From Podarcis filfolensis (Eukaryota): a stretch of DNA of 64,000 bases. Below, piece after piece: positions 61,601-64,000 of this stretch. The notes under the pieces were generated by a model. The model did not search any database, had not been told where the DNA came from, and saw only the letters and a list, made by a program, of their open reading frames with translations. The stretch's first letter is position 1; every line of letters begins with the position of its first letter. Position numbers and translations under genes: made by a program. The stretch is taken from the NCBI GenBank assembly GCA_964270895.1, contig OZ185438.1; one strand, written 5' to 3'.

Positions 61601-64000
61601 GTTTTAGCATCAAGTAAAGACGTACCCATTTGTTTACCATTTCTTGGTTATTTGTGTGCGCTGTAGGTCCCCCCCCCCCCTGTAATTATAATAATGTTTT
61701 GCATTGATATTGAGTTTGTTTTGTTTTTACCAGCTCTTTTTGATGCACTGGAACAGTTCTTCGTGTTTTTAATTGCATGTACCCCCTCTGGGATCATATG
61801 ATGAAGTGCAGGCTAAAAGTACTCTCATTAAATTAATGAATATTAGTACATCTATGGCTATAAATGTTTTAAAATATACGACTGAACACACTAAATAACT
61901 TTTAACCTACTTTATGCAGGAGACCAGTCAGCAACAATCTCTTTGAGCTCAAACACACATCTACACTACTACACAACTACCCTCCACCCCACTTTTATTC
62001 CAACTGGGAACTGTATAGGAGAGATTCCTGGTGAATTTGTGTTCTCTGTCACTTTTATTCTGGGAGAACATACTGCTGAGAGCAATGACTGTCTATTCTT
62101 GTTTGTACACAGCTTAGTACATGCAGTGGGTCATAGTTGTGGCTTTTAGTTGTAGGCATCAGTGCTGATGTTAAATATGGATGTGGTTTGTTTAGGCAAC
62201 AAGAATGCACAAGTTAAACCAAATATGGAATAGTGCCTTAGGCTGCAATCCTAACCCCACTTCATTGGGTGTAAGCCTAATTGAATTCAGTAGAAATTGC
62301 TTTTGACTAGTCATGTTTAGGATTGCAGTGTTACCTATTTCAGTGTTCTGGTCACTTTGCGATTGATTGTGGAACCTGCTGTCAGTTTTGATCAAGAGTG
62401 TGCATGTGTCAATATCTAACTCGAGAGGATAGAAATTTCAACAAGAAGAGCTGTAAATTAATAGAAGTGCTTGGATTCCCCTGCCTCCACCATACTGTGC
62501 CATTCTGTCAGCTGTAACCTAGCAATCATGATGCAGCAGATTCCATGCAATGTGCTAGGAAGCAGTGAAAAAATTTGACCGTGTGATCATACATTTCTCA
62601 AACATTGCAGCAAAACAGACAAGCTTTACACCTTTCTCTTTGTATTCTCAACGAAAATAGTTAAGTAAACCAAACATGTGTCCTATGGAAGTCCCACTGT
62701 GGTCACTGGGCATTACTCCCTAGTAAGTGGGCCTACAATTGTTTGCAAATAACACAGTCTGAGTTCAGAAAGAAAATAAATCCTGGTTACATATTACTGA
62801 AGAACCTGAACAAAAACTGAATATAATTTGAGGGAGAAAGGAGCAAGGAGTCTTTCTTACACCAGGCCTTGTACATAACAAGGAAGCATTCAACCAAACA
62901 TGCAGAGGAAAACTTCAGAACTATACAGCCAATCAGGGCACAGTGCCACATTGGCAAGCATCATGCCACTCTGCATGGTTTGCTGAGCAACACCTCCATC
63001 TGCCCCCCCAGCTAGTTGACTGTAAGTGTAACTAACAGAAATAACCCTGAAGTCACACCCACAGTGATATCTGCAGTTGCACTTCCAACAATAATAGCAA
63101 CCTGATTGACTTTTCTGTTCATTTCATTCACATTTAAAACAAAAACACCTTCTATTCCATTCCTGCCATAGGATCTTCTGTGGCATCAAGGGGAGGGGAG
63201 AGGGAAAACATTCTGTTGAGCAGGGAGAAATCTTTGCACCAATGGAACATTCTCCTTGGCGCTATCTTGGAAGCAACCCAGAATGTGCCATGACGACACA
63301 CACTGTGCCAGAACTGTCCTGATAGGCTGTCAGTGTAGCAGTGGTGTATTTCTCTCTCCCCAGCATATTGAAGTATTAGGATCGCTCAGCCTGCTATGCT
63401 GCCACTCATCTAGTAATTAGAGCCCCAACACAAGAGCTTTGGGGAAGACGTCCAAGGCCTCACTCAATAGAATTAGCAGGAGCACCCCACCCCATCCGCC
63501 ACAAGATGTGAAGCAACTGAAGGTTGGGGCAGGACTGGCAGTGGTGAGGGAAGGGGTGTGTGGTCCATCCCAGGTGTTATCACTGAGAGGGGGTGACAAA
63601 ATGAGCTTTTAAAAAAAATTGGGCTCACGAAACTTTTTAGGAGTGACACGGTGACTTAGGTGCCTGCAGGTTCTGCGCTGCCTGAAACGGCAGGGTGGGA
63701 CTTGCGTCTGCCTACTGCCTCTCCCTCAGCCGCCCTATAGCTTAGGGGGAGGCCGAGGAGAGGCTCTAAGCATCGGAGAGGCTCACCCCATCCCCATGGG
63801 CGTGGATCACCCCGCCCCCATAGAGGCTCATCCCGTCCCCAGCTGCAGGACACGCCCCCACACCAGGCACCCAAACGACTAGCTACACACTGCTGAGGAC
63901 AGGTGAGCACTAAATCTAGAGTTCTAGTCCTAGACTTCTGGCTCAACCTGTATTTCAGAGTTAAACACAAGTGCAAAAGGCATGGTAAATGATGAGTAAA

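Overview
This is vertebrate (squamate) nuclear DNA, most likely from a lacertid lizard such as Podarcis. That assignment is inferred from the repeat set: Sauria/Squam1-like, Squam3-like and tRNA-Lys/CR1-tail SINEs. I recognise no known protein-coding gene, tRNA/rRNA gene or CRISPR array. Almost all ORFs in the supplied track are chance or repeat-derived. The window is a dense mosaic of transposon remnants: six TA-flanked Tc1/mariner-type MITEs, several hAT MITEs with 8-bp TSDs, four solo LTRs with 5-bp TSDs (one nested inside another), 5'-truncated L1, L2 and CR1 3' ends, a cryptic decayed L1 reverse-transcriptase remnant, and many nested insertions. The best non-repeat signal is a chain of minus-strand exon-like segments with canonical splice sites from about 17.4 kb to 1.8 kb. 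Six of these (10255-7390) join in frame into a 108-aa ORF with a hydrophobic N-terminal stretch and six Cys; this is an unproven model. Several transcription-factor motif clusters (TALE/TGACA, bHLH CAGATG, Sox-POU composites) lie in unique AT-rich DNA. All calls were made by eye, without database searches.
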